Position numbers and translations under genes: made by a program. Below the pieces are notes generated by a model. The model worked only from the letters and a program-made list of their open reading frames with translations, was not told where the DNA came from and searched no databases. Below are positions 27,577 through 36,293 of a DNA stretch of 64,000 nt, piece after piece. Position 1 is the stretch's first letter. Every line of letters begins with the position of its first letter. Source of the DNA: a virus; the IMG/VR virus record IMGVR_UViG_3300009419_000013, positions 10,138 to 74,137 of that record; one strand, 5' to 3'.

Positions 27577-30165
27577 ATGATAATATTATTACCAGCAGGA
27601 ACTAGATATAAGATAGGGAATAATTTTCCTCTTATGACAATTCCATTAGATATGCCAAATGCACAGAGTACCTCGTTCGAGGATTTTCAGTGGTGGGCAT
27701 TATCTTCGGATTTTCAAAAATGGTTAAAAAAGAATCCTAGAAAATGGGTTGCTGAATCAAATGATCTTGAAAAATACGAGGGATCGGTTTCTGAATATCT
27801 AAAGGAAAATTACAGTTTCTTAGATCCATTGAACGATGTTAATGAATCTGACGTGTTATCGTTTGAAGATTTTTCTAGAGAAAAGATGGTTTTTGAAGAC
27901 GAGAAAGGTGATGCAGATAGCGCAGAGTATAAGGAAGCCATAAAATTTCATTTTGCATACAATAGTTTAAAAAGTAAGGGTAAAATAGTTGATTCAATGA
28001 CCGCATCGGATATCAAGAAAGGTGACGATAAAGCGGTTTTCCTATTATTGGAGGATCCTGCTAATGGTGAAAACATGCTGGAAACAATGAAGGCCTATAG
28101 AATGACAGGCTATATCGATGTTGACGGTAAATCTAAGATAAGACTTATTGATGTTAGCGAGATGCTACCTGGTGGACCAATAAAAGACGACGAGAAAGCT
28201 GAAGATGTTATAGGAAAGGTTGTACAGGATGCTGCAGTAATAGCTGCTGCTGGGGGTGTGGGACTTGTTCTTTATAGTGCTTTAAAAGTTGCTGGTGGGG
28301 GATTAGCTGCTAGAGCTTTACTTAAAACAATTCAAGGATTTTCTCCCAATGCAGGGAAAGCAGCAGCTTCCGCTGCTCCTTCACTACTTGGTAAAATAAG
28401 AGCTGGCGGAGTTAAAGGCATTAAAAGTCTATGGGGAGGTGTTAAAGATATCGCTACATTAAAAAATACGAGGGCTTTGGCAACCAGGGGATTTAAAGGT
28501 GCTAAGGCAGCTTATACTTTAGGTAAAGTTGGAGTTGGTGGTGCTATTAAGGCTTTTGCTAAAGGAGTAACGAGAGGCGGTAGCAAACTAGGAAGTAGAG
28601 CAATACCTTTTGTTGGTGAGGTTCTTATGATTATAGATGCTGTTGGATCTACTTGGAATTGGTATAGTGATAATCAAGCTCCTAGATATGGTGAAGTCGA
28701 ATCTTTTGCAAAAAATGAAATGGATCCTTCTAAGTTGCCAATTGGCGTACCTATTACTGTATGTTGGTCACAACCAGCTAGTGGTGCTTTGGGTACAGGG
28801 ATAAGCTTCCTATTCAGTAATGAAACTAGAACTACTGCGGAACTAATTAAGATAGGTGACAAGAATGGTGAATCAATATTTATAATGACTCAGATTAATT
28901 CTAAGGAGGTTCAGAAATCCCTTGCAAGCCACGATCTAACATTGATATCTTTGGATAACAGTAACGTGGTTAATGATCAGGCAGAATCTAAAGATGGAGT
29001 ACTTGCTCAAATAGGTACGGCTATCCAAAGAACTTTTGATAATGAGGATCTTGATTTTAAAATATCACATATAGATGGAATAAATGATATTGCCGCTATG
29101 TTTAATTTTCAGGGTATTTGTGACTGGAGCGAATTTGAAACCGCATATCAGTCAGCTGGTGATCAATTGATAGTGGTAGATCCTAATGCTCCTGAAACCT
29201 ATGAATTTTACTACAAGGACAATGAAGAGAATGTGGTAAATGTCTCTGGTAGAATAGTATCAAATGATGAACTTAAGAATTCAAGTCCGGAAGAACTTCA
29301 AAATATATTCTATTCCGAGGAAATAGAAGGATCAGCAGAAAAGAAGAATGAGGAACACGATAATTCTGATATTCTAGGTGAGCTAATTAATGAATCAACT
29401 ATGATAACTAGTTTTAATGACTTCAGTAATAGACTATCAGGAATATATGAGAATAAGGACGTTGATTCTAAGAAGGAAAAAACAACTCTCGAATTAAGCC
29501 GTGAGCAATCCAGTACTGCAGCTGAGGTTGCTGTCTATGTTGTTACGGAGAGAGAATATGCAGATCCCGAGCTTAGAAAATATAAGGTTGGTGTATTCAG
29601 AAACTTTATGATAAATGCAGACGATTATAAGGCTAAAGTTAATTCACCGATTGAGGTTGAGACAAATACTGTTAATGAAGATATAGATGAGCCTAAAAGA
29701 GGAGTTTATGTATTTAAAAAAGAAGCAGATAAACCTAAACCTAAACCTAGCGAAGAAGAGGAAATTAAAAGAAATACTCAGCCTTTGACTGATGAGGATC
29801 CTAAGAATGACGATCAGAAGGTGAAGGATGATTATTATATAACTGTTGATCCTAAGGACGTAGTTATAAAGGACAAAAAGAATTCGACCGTAATAAGGGA
29901 TAACAGTTTTGCTGGTGGAATTAATCTGGTTGATACCTTCCTTACCGATAAGGATAAGGAGATTATGAATATAGCAAATTGGAAAGCAGTAACATATGCC
30001 AAGGCATCACTAGATACAAGAGGTGACATAATAGAGGTTAAAGTAAAGAATAAATTTGCACCATTCGGAGATAAGGTAAGAAAGTTTAAAGTATCTGATG
30101 GTGAAGCATTTGAAATAGCTAAAAAATTTGCTACTGAAGTTGAAAGTAGAATAAAATATCAATAA
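27577..30165 (+). CDS. Large hypothetical protein, possible ejected / membrane-active virion protein
   Basis: 862 aa; central basic Gly/Ala-rich hydrophobic region flanked by acidic domains; internal NES..SF.DF motifs. Confidence 0.55.
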   Translation: MIILLPAGTRYKIGNNFPLMTIPLDMPNAQSTSFEDFQWWALSSDFQKWLKKNPRKWVAESNDLEKYEGSVSEYLKENYSFLDPLNDVNESDVLSFEDFSREKMVFEDEKGDADSAEYKEAIKFHFAYNSLKSKGKIVDSMTASDIKKGDDKAVFLLLEDPANGENMLETMKAYRMTGYIDVDGKSKIRLIDVSEMLPGGPIKDDEKAEDVIGKVVQDAAVIAAAGGVGLVLYSALKVAGGGLAARALLKTIQGFSPNAGKAAASAAPSLLGKIRAGGVKGIKSLWGGVKDIATLKNTRALATRGFKGAKAAYTLGKVGVGGAIKAFAKGVTRGGSKLGSRAIPFVGEVLMIIDAVGSTWNWYSDNQAPRYGEVESFAKNEMDPSKLPIGVPITVCWSQPASGALGTGISFLFSNETRTTAELIKIGDKNGESIFIMTQINSKEVQKSLASHDLTLISLDNSNVVNDQAESKDGVLAQIGTAIQRTFDNEDLDFKISHIDGINDIAAMFNFQGICDWSEFETAYQSAGDQLIVVDPNAPETYEFYYKDNEENVVNVSGRIVSNDELKNSSPEELQNIFYSEEIEGSAEKKNEEHDNSDILGELINESTMITSFNDFSNRLSGIYENKDVDSKKEKTTLELSREQSSTAAEVAVYVVTEREYADPELRKYKVGVFRNFMINADDYKAKVNSPIEVETNTVNEDIDEPKRGVYVFKKEADKPKPKPSEEEEIKRNTQPLTDEDPKNDDQKVKDDYYITVDPKDVVIKDKKNSTVIRDNSFAGGINLVDTFLTDKDKEIMNIANWKAVTYAKASLDTRGDIIEVKVKNKFAPFGDKVRKFKVSDGEAFEIAKKFATEVESRIKYQ

Positions 30166-30199
30166 TTGGAAAAGTATTAAAATTATTTGATTTAGAATT

Positions 30200-30211
30200 G
30201 ATATATAAATA
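30200..30211 (+). promoter_or_regulatory. Putative late promoter (GATATATA overlapping TATAAATA)
   Basis: Upstream of the protease-capsid operon. Confidence 0.65.
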
Positions 30212-30233
30212 ACATAAAAAACACAATTAAGAA

Positions 30234-32204
30234 ATGCCAACAACCCAAAAGCTTAATGAAGATTTAGTTTTCATCCTTGAAAGACAGGAGAGAGTACTTG
30301 AATCTAAGAAGACAGATTCGGAGGATGATTATGTTCTGGAAGGTATAGCAGCTGTTTTCGGAAAAGAAAACAATAATAATAGAATATACGAGGAAAATGA
30401 ATATTTGCCTCATTTAGACTATCTTAAAGACAAAATCGCACAGAAGAGACTGGTTGGCGAATTGGATCATCCTGAAAAATTCGACGTTTCTCTTAAGAAT
30501 ATTTCTCATATTATAGAGGATCTCGCATATGATAAGGATAAGAGAGAACTTAAAATAAAGGTTAGACTTCTTGATACACCAGCTGGTATTATAGCTAAGA
30601 AATTAGTTGATGCCGGAGTACCACTTTCAATATCATCAAGAGCAGCTGGTTCAGTTGGTAATGATAAAAAGGTTCAGATCAAGAAAATATTTACTTATGA
30701 TTTAGTTGCTGATCCTGGTTTTCAGGATGCACAATTGGAAAGAGTATATGAAAGTGCAGGATTTAGTTTCGAAGACGTTTATAAAATGAGAAACAATACA
30801 ATTTTAAACGGATTAACTTGCGTTAATGAATCTTTCGGTCTTAAAAATGAATCTTCAATGAAGATATATAAAGTTGAAAATAACGAAGAATTCAACAATC
30901 TCGTAACAAAAACAGAAAAAAATAAAGAAATCCTTATGGAGAATAAAGAATTTGTTACTGCTGATGACCTAAATCAATATTCTATTTTCTTGAAGAAAGA
31001 AATGGATTCAATGAAATCGGCTATAGCAGAAATTAACGAAAAGAGAGACTCAATTCAAGAATCTGAAAAAACATCTAATGATGATGTTGTTACAGCATTG
31101 GAAGAAAGAGTAGCTAAATTGGAAAAATATTCTGAGTACTTAGCTGAAAACTTAGATAACGCAATTAAGTATGGAGAATACGTTGCTGAAAATCTAGATC
31201 AAAACATAACATATTCTAAGTATTTAGCTGAGAATTTGGATAAAAACATTTCTTATTCTAAATATTTAGCTGAGAATGTTGATAAATCTATATCTTATTC
31301 TGAATATGTAGCGGAGAGTGTAGATAAGAATATAGAGTATTCTAAATATTTAGCTGAAAAGGTAGATCAAAATATTTCATATTCTGAATACTTAGCTGAA
31401 AATGTTGATAATAGTATTTCTTACAGCGAGCACTTAGCAGAAAACTTAAATAAAGGTATTGCTTATACTGAATACGTTGCAGAAAAATTAAACGATGGTA
31501 TCGAATATGCCGAGTATTTAGGAGAAAATCTAAATAAAAATATTCAATATTCAGACTATTTAGCTGAAAATCTAAATAAAGGTTTAGATTATTCTGAGTA
31601 TTTAGCTGAAAAAGTTAAAAGATCTATATCTTACAGTGAATATATAGCAGAAAGCTTAAATAATTCTGATATGAAATCAGTAGGACAAGATTTAATGGAA
31701 AGTGCATCAGTATCAGCATCAGCAGGTTTAAACGAATCTGGATTTGCAGGTAATTATGACAACCTTTCAGACAAAATTGATAGTTTGGTAGAATCAGTTA
31801 AAACACAAAAAACTGAATCAAATATAAACGAAGCTTCAAAATCATTTGAAGCGCCAGCCAACACACAAAAGGCACAAGAATCAGCTCTTAATGAAAACGA
31901 GAGCACAACAAAAACAGGTCTTAAGTTTATTGACGAAATGCCTGAAGAATTTGCACAAGTTTGGGAATCACTTAATGAAGGACACAAGCAATCAATCGTT
32001 GCTCAAAGTAACTTCTATAGATTAGATTCTCCTTACCAAATCAAAAACTTCTGGTCAACAAGACAACTTGGAACCAAAACAGTTGGAGTTCAAAAATTGA
32101 ACGAGAGCGAAGAAACAGTGCCAAGTGCAACAACACAAGCTTATTCAAGCGATTACATGGCTTCGATAGCTGCTGCACTAGAGCAAAAATTTCCAAAAAG
32201 ATAA
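30234..32204 (+). CDS. gp21: Prohead protease (gp21-like) fused to scaffold/core (gp22-like)
   Basis: LEGI, N.N.RIY, GELDHP, SHII, LLDTPAG, ISSRAAGSV, YDLVADP; C-terminal coiled coil with 14-aa repeats. Confidence 0.9.
   Translation: MPTTQKLNEDLVFILERQERVLESKKTDSEDDYVLEGIAAVFGKENNNNRIYEENEYLPHLDYLKDKIAQKRLVGELDHPEKFDVSLKNISHIIEDLAYDKDKRELKIKVRLLDTPAGIIAKKLVDAGVPLSISSRAAGSVGNDKKVQIKKIFTYDLVADPGFQDAQLERVYESAGFSFEDVYKMRNNTILNGLTCVNESFGLKNESSMKIYKVENNEEFNNLVTKTEKNKEILMENKEFVTADDLNQYSIFLKKEMDSMKSAIAEINEKRDSIQESEKTSNDDVVTALEERVAKLEKYSEYLAENLDNAIKYGEYVAENLDQNITYSKYLAENLDKNISYSKYLAENVDKSISYSEYVAESVDKNIEYSKYLAEKVDQNISYSEYLAENVDNSISYSEHLAENLNKGIAYTEYVAEKLNDGIEYAEYLGENLNKNIQYSDYLAENLNKGLDYSEYLAEKVKRSISYSEYIAESLNNSDMKSVGQDLMESASVSASAGLNESGFAGNYDNLSDKIDSLVESVKTQKTESNINEASKSFEAPANTQKAQESALNENESTTKTGLKFIDEMPEEFAQVWESLNEGHKQSIVAQSNFYRLDSPYQIKNFWSTRQLGTKTVGVQKLNESEETVPSATTQAYSSDYMASIAAALEQKFPKR
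31125..31670 (+). repeat. About 13 x 42-nt (14-aa, xYSEYLAENLDKNI) coding tandem repeats
   Basis: Visible in the translation of 30234..32204. Confidence 0.92.
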
Positions 32205-32220
32205 AAAATAAAAACAAATC

Positions 32221-33912
32221 ATGAAATTGATCAACGAACAAGAAATCTATGATACATGGTCTCCGATTATCGAGAGCAAAGCTGGTATCACAGAAGAAGG
32301 AAAAAAAGGATGGTTGACTAAATATTGTCATTATCATTCATTAAACGAGTCTGCAGGTGCTTATAACACTTTAGGAGTTGTTAACGGTATGGGTGCAGTT
32401 GCGCCACCAGCATACCCAGGTATGGCATCTTTCCAAGGTGGTAATGCTAACGCTGGTTTCTATAACACAGGAAATCAAGGATCTGGAGATAAATTCCCAT
32501 CATTATTGCCATTAGCTATTCAGGTAGCTGCTAAGACTGTAGGTTTTGATATCGTTCCTGTTATCCCTATGTCAGGACCAACTGGTATCTTATCTTACTT
32601 AGATTACGTATATTCAGGTGGTAAAATTGCTGGTGCTACATCTGCTACTTCAGGAGATTCATTAGCTAAAGCTCCTACAATGATTAAATTCCCAGTTGCA
32701 CAAGGATCTTCTGCAGGTCTTACTGGTGCTACTGCTGGAACATTCGCAGTAGGTACTGTTTACACAGTTACTAATGGAGGTGTATTAACACTTAAATTCG
32801 TAGGTTTATCAAGAATCGATGGTTTCCCAATCTTCGAAATCGAAAACATTACTGATGGTTACAATGTTGCTGGTATTATTACAGCTTCAGGAAGTTTCAA
32901 CGTTGCTACTTCTACAATGTTTACTGCAGGTTCTGCACAATTAGTTAAAGCTTTAGAAGATCATATCCAAGGATTCTCTGGTGCTGGTTTCAACAACACC
33001 GCTGACTGGCAAGGTCCTTACGTAGATGGTACTAAAACTTACAACCCTATGTTAAGAGGAGTTGGTGAGTCTACTTACTACAACTCAATGGGTCTTTCTA
33101 CTTTCACTAAATTCGTGGAGGCTGAAACTTTCCAAGTTGCTGCTTCAGTTACAACTGAGCAAATCCAAGATCTTAACAAACAATTCGGTATCGACGTTAT
33201 CTCAATGATCGAGAACGCATTGGTTAATGAGGTTTCTCAAGCAATTAACAAACACATCTTATCAAGAGCATTCGCTTTAGGTTGGTCTAACCATAACCAA
33301 TTCTTCAATGTTGAAAACCAAAACCTTAACTTGAACTTAGTTCTTGGTGGTGGTGCTGGTACAACTTTAGCTTATGTTAACAAATCAGATGCTACACAAT
33401 CTATGCCTATCCCAGCTGGACCAGCTACAGGAGGTTACGAGAACTTATCAACTTTACAAAGAAGATTATTCTCAAGAATCCTTGCAGGTGCTAACGTGGT
33501 AGCTAATAGAGGTAGAAGAGGTCCTGCTAACTTCGTAGTAACGAATGCAGCAGTTGCAAGTGCACTTCAAGATATTTCTCAATTCACTTTCGCTCCATTC
33601 TCTAATACACTTACTCAAAATAACGGTACTTTATACCCTGTAGGTTCTCTTGCTGGTATGACAGTTTACGTAGATCAGAATATGAACTATAGCGATACAA
33701 GAGTATTAATTGGTAGAAAAGGTGGTGATGATGAACCAGGATTAAAATTCATGCCTTACATGATGGCAGAATCGATTCAGACTATCTCTGAAGGTACAAT
33801 GTCACCTAAAATCGCGGTTAAATCTAGATACGCTTTAGTAGAAGCTGGTTTCTTACCTGAAACTATGTACTTAACATTATTCGTTAACGTACCTGCTGGT
33901 GGTTTAGCATAA
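32221..33912 (+). CDS. gp23: Major capsid protein (T4 gp23-like)
   Basis: V.PMSGPTG, T.EQIQDL, L.NEV...IN, RGRRGPANFVV, G.LAG.TVYVD, FMPY, KSRYAL; strongly biased codons. Confidence 0.93.
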   Translation: MKLINEQEIYDTWSPIIESKAGITEEGKKGWLTKYCHYHSLNESAGAYNTLGVVNGMGAVAPPAYPGMASFQGGNANAGFYNTGNQGSGDKFPSLLPLAIQVAAKTVGFDIVPVIPMSGPTGILSYLDYVYSGGKIAGATSATSGDSLAKAPTMIKFPVAQGSSAGLTGATAGTFAVGTVYTVTNGGVLTLKFVGLSRIDGFPIFEIENITDGYNVAGIITASGSFNVATSTMFTAGSAQLVKALEDHIQGFSGAGFNNTADWQGPYVDGTKTYNPMLRGVGESTYYNSMGLSTFTKFVEAETFQVAASVTTEQIQDLNKQFGIDVISMIENALVNEVSQAINKHILSRAFALGWSNHNQFFNVENQNLNLNLVLGGGAGTTLAYVNKSDATQSMPIPAGPATGGYENLSTLQRRLFSRILAGANVVANRGRRGPANFVVTNAAVASALQDISQFTFAPFSNTLTQNNGTLYPVGSLAGMTVYVDQNMNYSDTRVLIGRKGGDDEPGLKFMPYMMAESIQTISEGTMSPKIAVKSRYALVEAGFLPETMYLTLFVNVPAGGLA

Positions 33913-33932
33913 TCCTAACCAACTTAAATATT

Positions 33933-33963
33933 AAAACCCTAGGACTATCCTAGGGTTTTTTTT
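33933..33963 (+). terminator. Intrinsic terminator after the capsid gene
   Basis: aaaaccctagga-cta-tcctagggtttt plus T-tract. Confidence 0.88.
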
Positions 33964-33971
33964 ATTGTTGG

Positions 33972-33979
33972 GATATATA
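33972..33979 (+). promoter_or_regulatory. Putative late promoter GATATATA
   Basis: Just after the terminator, before ATG 34005. Confidence 0.62.
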
Positions 33980-34004
33980 GATTATAAAAATTAAAGAATT
34001 CAAT

Positions 34005-35147
34005 ATGAAAAATCTACCTTCATTCGAGGAATATAAAAAATATGATCATTTTCTGGAAAGAACTGAAATCGATTTAGTGACTGAACTTAGATCACTTGAA
34101 ACTGCTGATCCTTATCATTCGGTTAATGAGGGACAAATTATGAATTCATTAAAAAATACTTTGTCCAAGTTCTTTTTAGGTTCAGCATCCAGGGTAAATA
34201 TGTTGGATGAGGCTAGAAAGATAATACTTGAGCTTGAGCTTGATTTAATAGAAAAAAGGCACGAATTTGAATTAAGTGTGGATAAAATAAATTCTCAGAT
34301 TGATGAATTAAGTAAAACTGAGGAGAATGATAAAGTTGTTGCACTTGGTAAGGAAAGGGAGGCTAAAGCTAAAGAAATGGAGGCTTACATAAAGGCTCAG
34401 AGGCTTAAAATTAAAAAATCTAAGGAAGTTGCTAATAAATTAGTTGACGGTAATGCCAGAAGAAGAGAATATCTTATGGCAGGATATTCTGAGGACGAAA
34501 TTGCTATTGCTGAATTGGAATATAAATTAGCTAAGGAAAGATCGGAGGAATCATCGGTTCTTAAAGATTATGAAGATAAGATAAAAACTGCCAAAGCTGA
34601 ATATGAAGAAAAAAGCTCGGATCTTAAATCAAAAATGGAGGATGTAGAGAAGGAAAAGGAGGATGATGAATCCACCGGTAACTTAAAAGTCGATCCACGT
34701 GAGGAGAAGAAAAAGATTTCAAGTAGAAAGGGTAGGGATATCATACAGAGAAAAAATGAATTAGAGAAGGATATAGCTGATATCAGATCTTCTATTGAAA
34801 GAAAATTGAATAGGTTATCAGATAAAATAAGCAAAGCAAAAGCACCAATCAGTGCTAGATCTATGAATCCATATAAGATGGATCTTTTAGAATTGGCATC
34901 CTCTCTTGATTCAAAAACAAATCTTCTGACGCTATTTAGAAATTTGGGTAAAACAGAGAATGAAATAACTAACAGTCTTAAGGGTGAGTCTGATTTTACT
35001 AAAATGGCAAATCAGATAAATCAAGTTATAATCGACGGTAATGATGCTAATTCTGGTACTAAGAAGATTATAAGCGAAGTATTTTCTGGAGGTAATACAG
35101 TTACTGTTGACATTATAAATTCAGCTAAGAAAAAACTAAATAAATAA
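34005..35147 (+). CDS. Coiled-coil protein, putative internal head protein
   Basis: MKNLPSFEEY N-terminus; E/K-rich helices. Confidence 0.6.
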   Translation: MKNLPSFEEYKKYDHFLERTEIDLVTELRSLETADPYHSVNEGQIMNSLKNTLSKFFLGSASRVNMLDEARKIILELELDLIEKRHEFELSVDKINSQIDELSKTEENDKVVALGKEREAKAKEMEAYIKAQRLKIKKSKEVANKLVDGNARRREYLMAGYSEDEIAIAELEYKLAKERSEESSVLKDYEDKIKTAKAEYEEKSSDLKSKMEDVEKEKEDDESTGNLKVDPREEKKKISSRKGRDIIQRKNELEKDIADIRSSIERKLNRLSDKISKAKAPISARSMNPYKMDLLELASSLDSKTNLLTLFRNLGKTENEITNSLKGESDFTKMANQINQVIIDGNDANSGTKKIISEVFSGGNTVTVDIINSAKKKLNK

Positions 35148-35153
35148 TAAATA

Positions 35154-36044
35154 ATGACTCTTAAATTTAAAGAATGGAATGAGCTGAATGAAGCTAATAT
35201 CTTTGATAAAGTTAAAGATTGGTTTAGTGTTAATTTCGGAGGTGCTCTAAATAAGATGGAGAATCTAATTACTGAATATAGATCTGCCGAGGAGGAGTAT
35301 ATCGACGAATGGGAAAAGGTTAACATAGAATTGGATAAACTGGATCTGCAAAAGGACCAAACAAAATCAGACCCTGCCGAATATAAGAAGATCGAGAGAT
35401 ATATTCAGAGAAATCAAGAATTGCTTTCTAATATGAAGAAAGCTCATGTTAAGAAGATAGATCACATAATGGTCAAAGTAAAATCTCTAATAAATGATAA
35501 TGCTAAACTTAGAACATATTGGGAGGTTAATAAAACCAGAGTTGATTCGGAGATAGCAGAGGATATGTACAAGAGATCAAAGGATCTTGCCGACGAGACA
35601 TTATCTAGGGATCTTTATAATAAATACAAGGATTCGGTACTAAGAGCAAAGAAAAAGGACGAAGAATTTAAGGAAAAATATGGTGATCTATTAAAAGGAT
35701 CTTATAAGAAGACAACACCAGCTCAACAGAAATCTACTTCAAAATCAGGTATATCTGAAGCCACATTAGATCTTTATATAACTATGTCGCTTAGCGAGTT
35801 TACCAAGGAGATAGAATCTCTGGATCCTAAGGAGAGAAAGGAATTGACAAATCTTCTAATAAAGAACCGAAATGAGCTATATGTTCAGATGGATATGGAA
35901 AGGGAAAATATAAACTCCTTGATATCTAAGGGCCAATTAACAAAGGAAGAGGCTTCTAAGGAACTAAAAGACATCAGAGAGAAACACATGAATGATATAA
36001 GAGAATTAAGATCTAAAATAACAATATCCAGAAAGAATGCTTAA
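35154..36044 (+). CDS. Coiled-coil protein, likely paralogue of 34005
   Basis: MTLKFKEWNELNE; NE(A/G).I...K...S..F.G is shared with the upstream ORF. Confidence 0.6.
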   Translation: MTLKFKEWNELNEANIFDKVKDWFSVNFGGALNKMENLITEYRSAEEEYIDEWEKVNIELDKLDLQKDQTKSDPAEYKKIERYIQRNQELLSNMKKAHVKKIDHIMVKVKSLINDNAKLRTYWEVNKTRVDSEIAEDMYKRSKDLADETLSRDLYNKYKDSVLRAKKKDEEFKEKYGDLLKGSYKKTTPAQQKSTSKSGISEATLDLYITMSLSEFTKEIESLDPKERKELTNLLIKNRNELYVQMDMERENINSLISKGQLTKEEASKELKDIREKHMNDIRELRSKITISRKNA

Positions 36045-36291
36045 TTTCAAAGATTTTAAAATGAATGAGATCGAAGGGAAGGGTAGGGTTCAAGAAATTA
36101 AACTCGAAATAACAAAAAAATTCGATGATATAAAGGAAGCTAAAGCTTCTAAAAAGGAGGGTGATGTTAATTCCGAAGTTACCAGTATAGATAAACAAGC
36201 ATTAATATATGCTGAAATTTCTGGCCTCATGAAAGAATTATCTGCAGAGATTAAAAAATTACCAAAGGAGGAGTCCTCTAATATATACTAA
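36037..36291 (+). CDS. Small helical protein
   Basis: MLNFKDFKMNE N-terminus. Confidence 0.6.
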   Translation: MLNFKDFKMNEIEGKGRVQEIKLEITKKFDDIKEAKASKKEGDVNSEVTSIDKQALIYAEISGLMKELSAEIKKLPKEESSNIY

Positions 36292-36293
36292 AT

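Noticed and set aside
31125-31670. CRISPR-like array
   Set aside because: Repeats are in-frame, degenerate at synonymous positions and have no unique spacers; this is a protein repeat.
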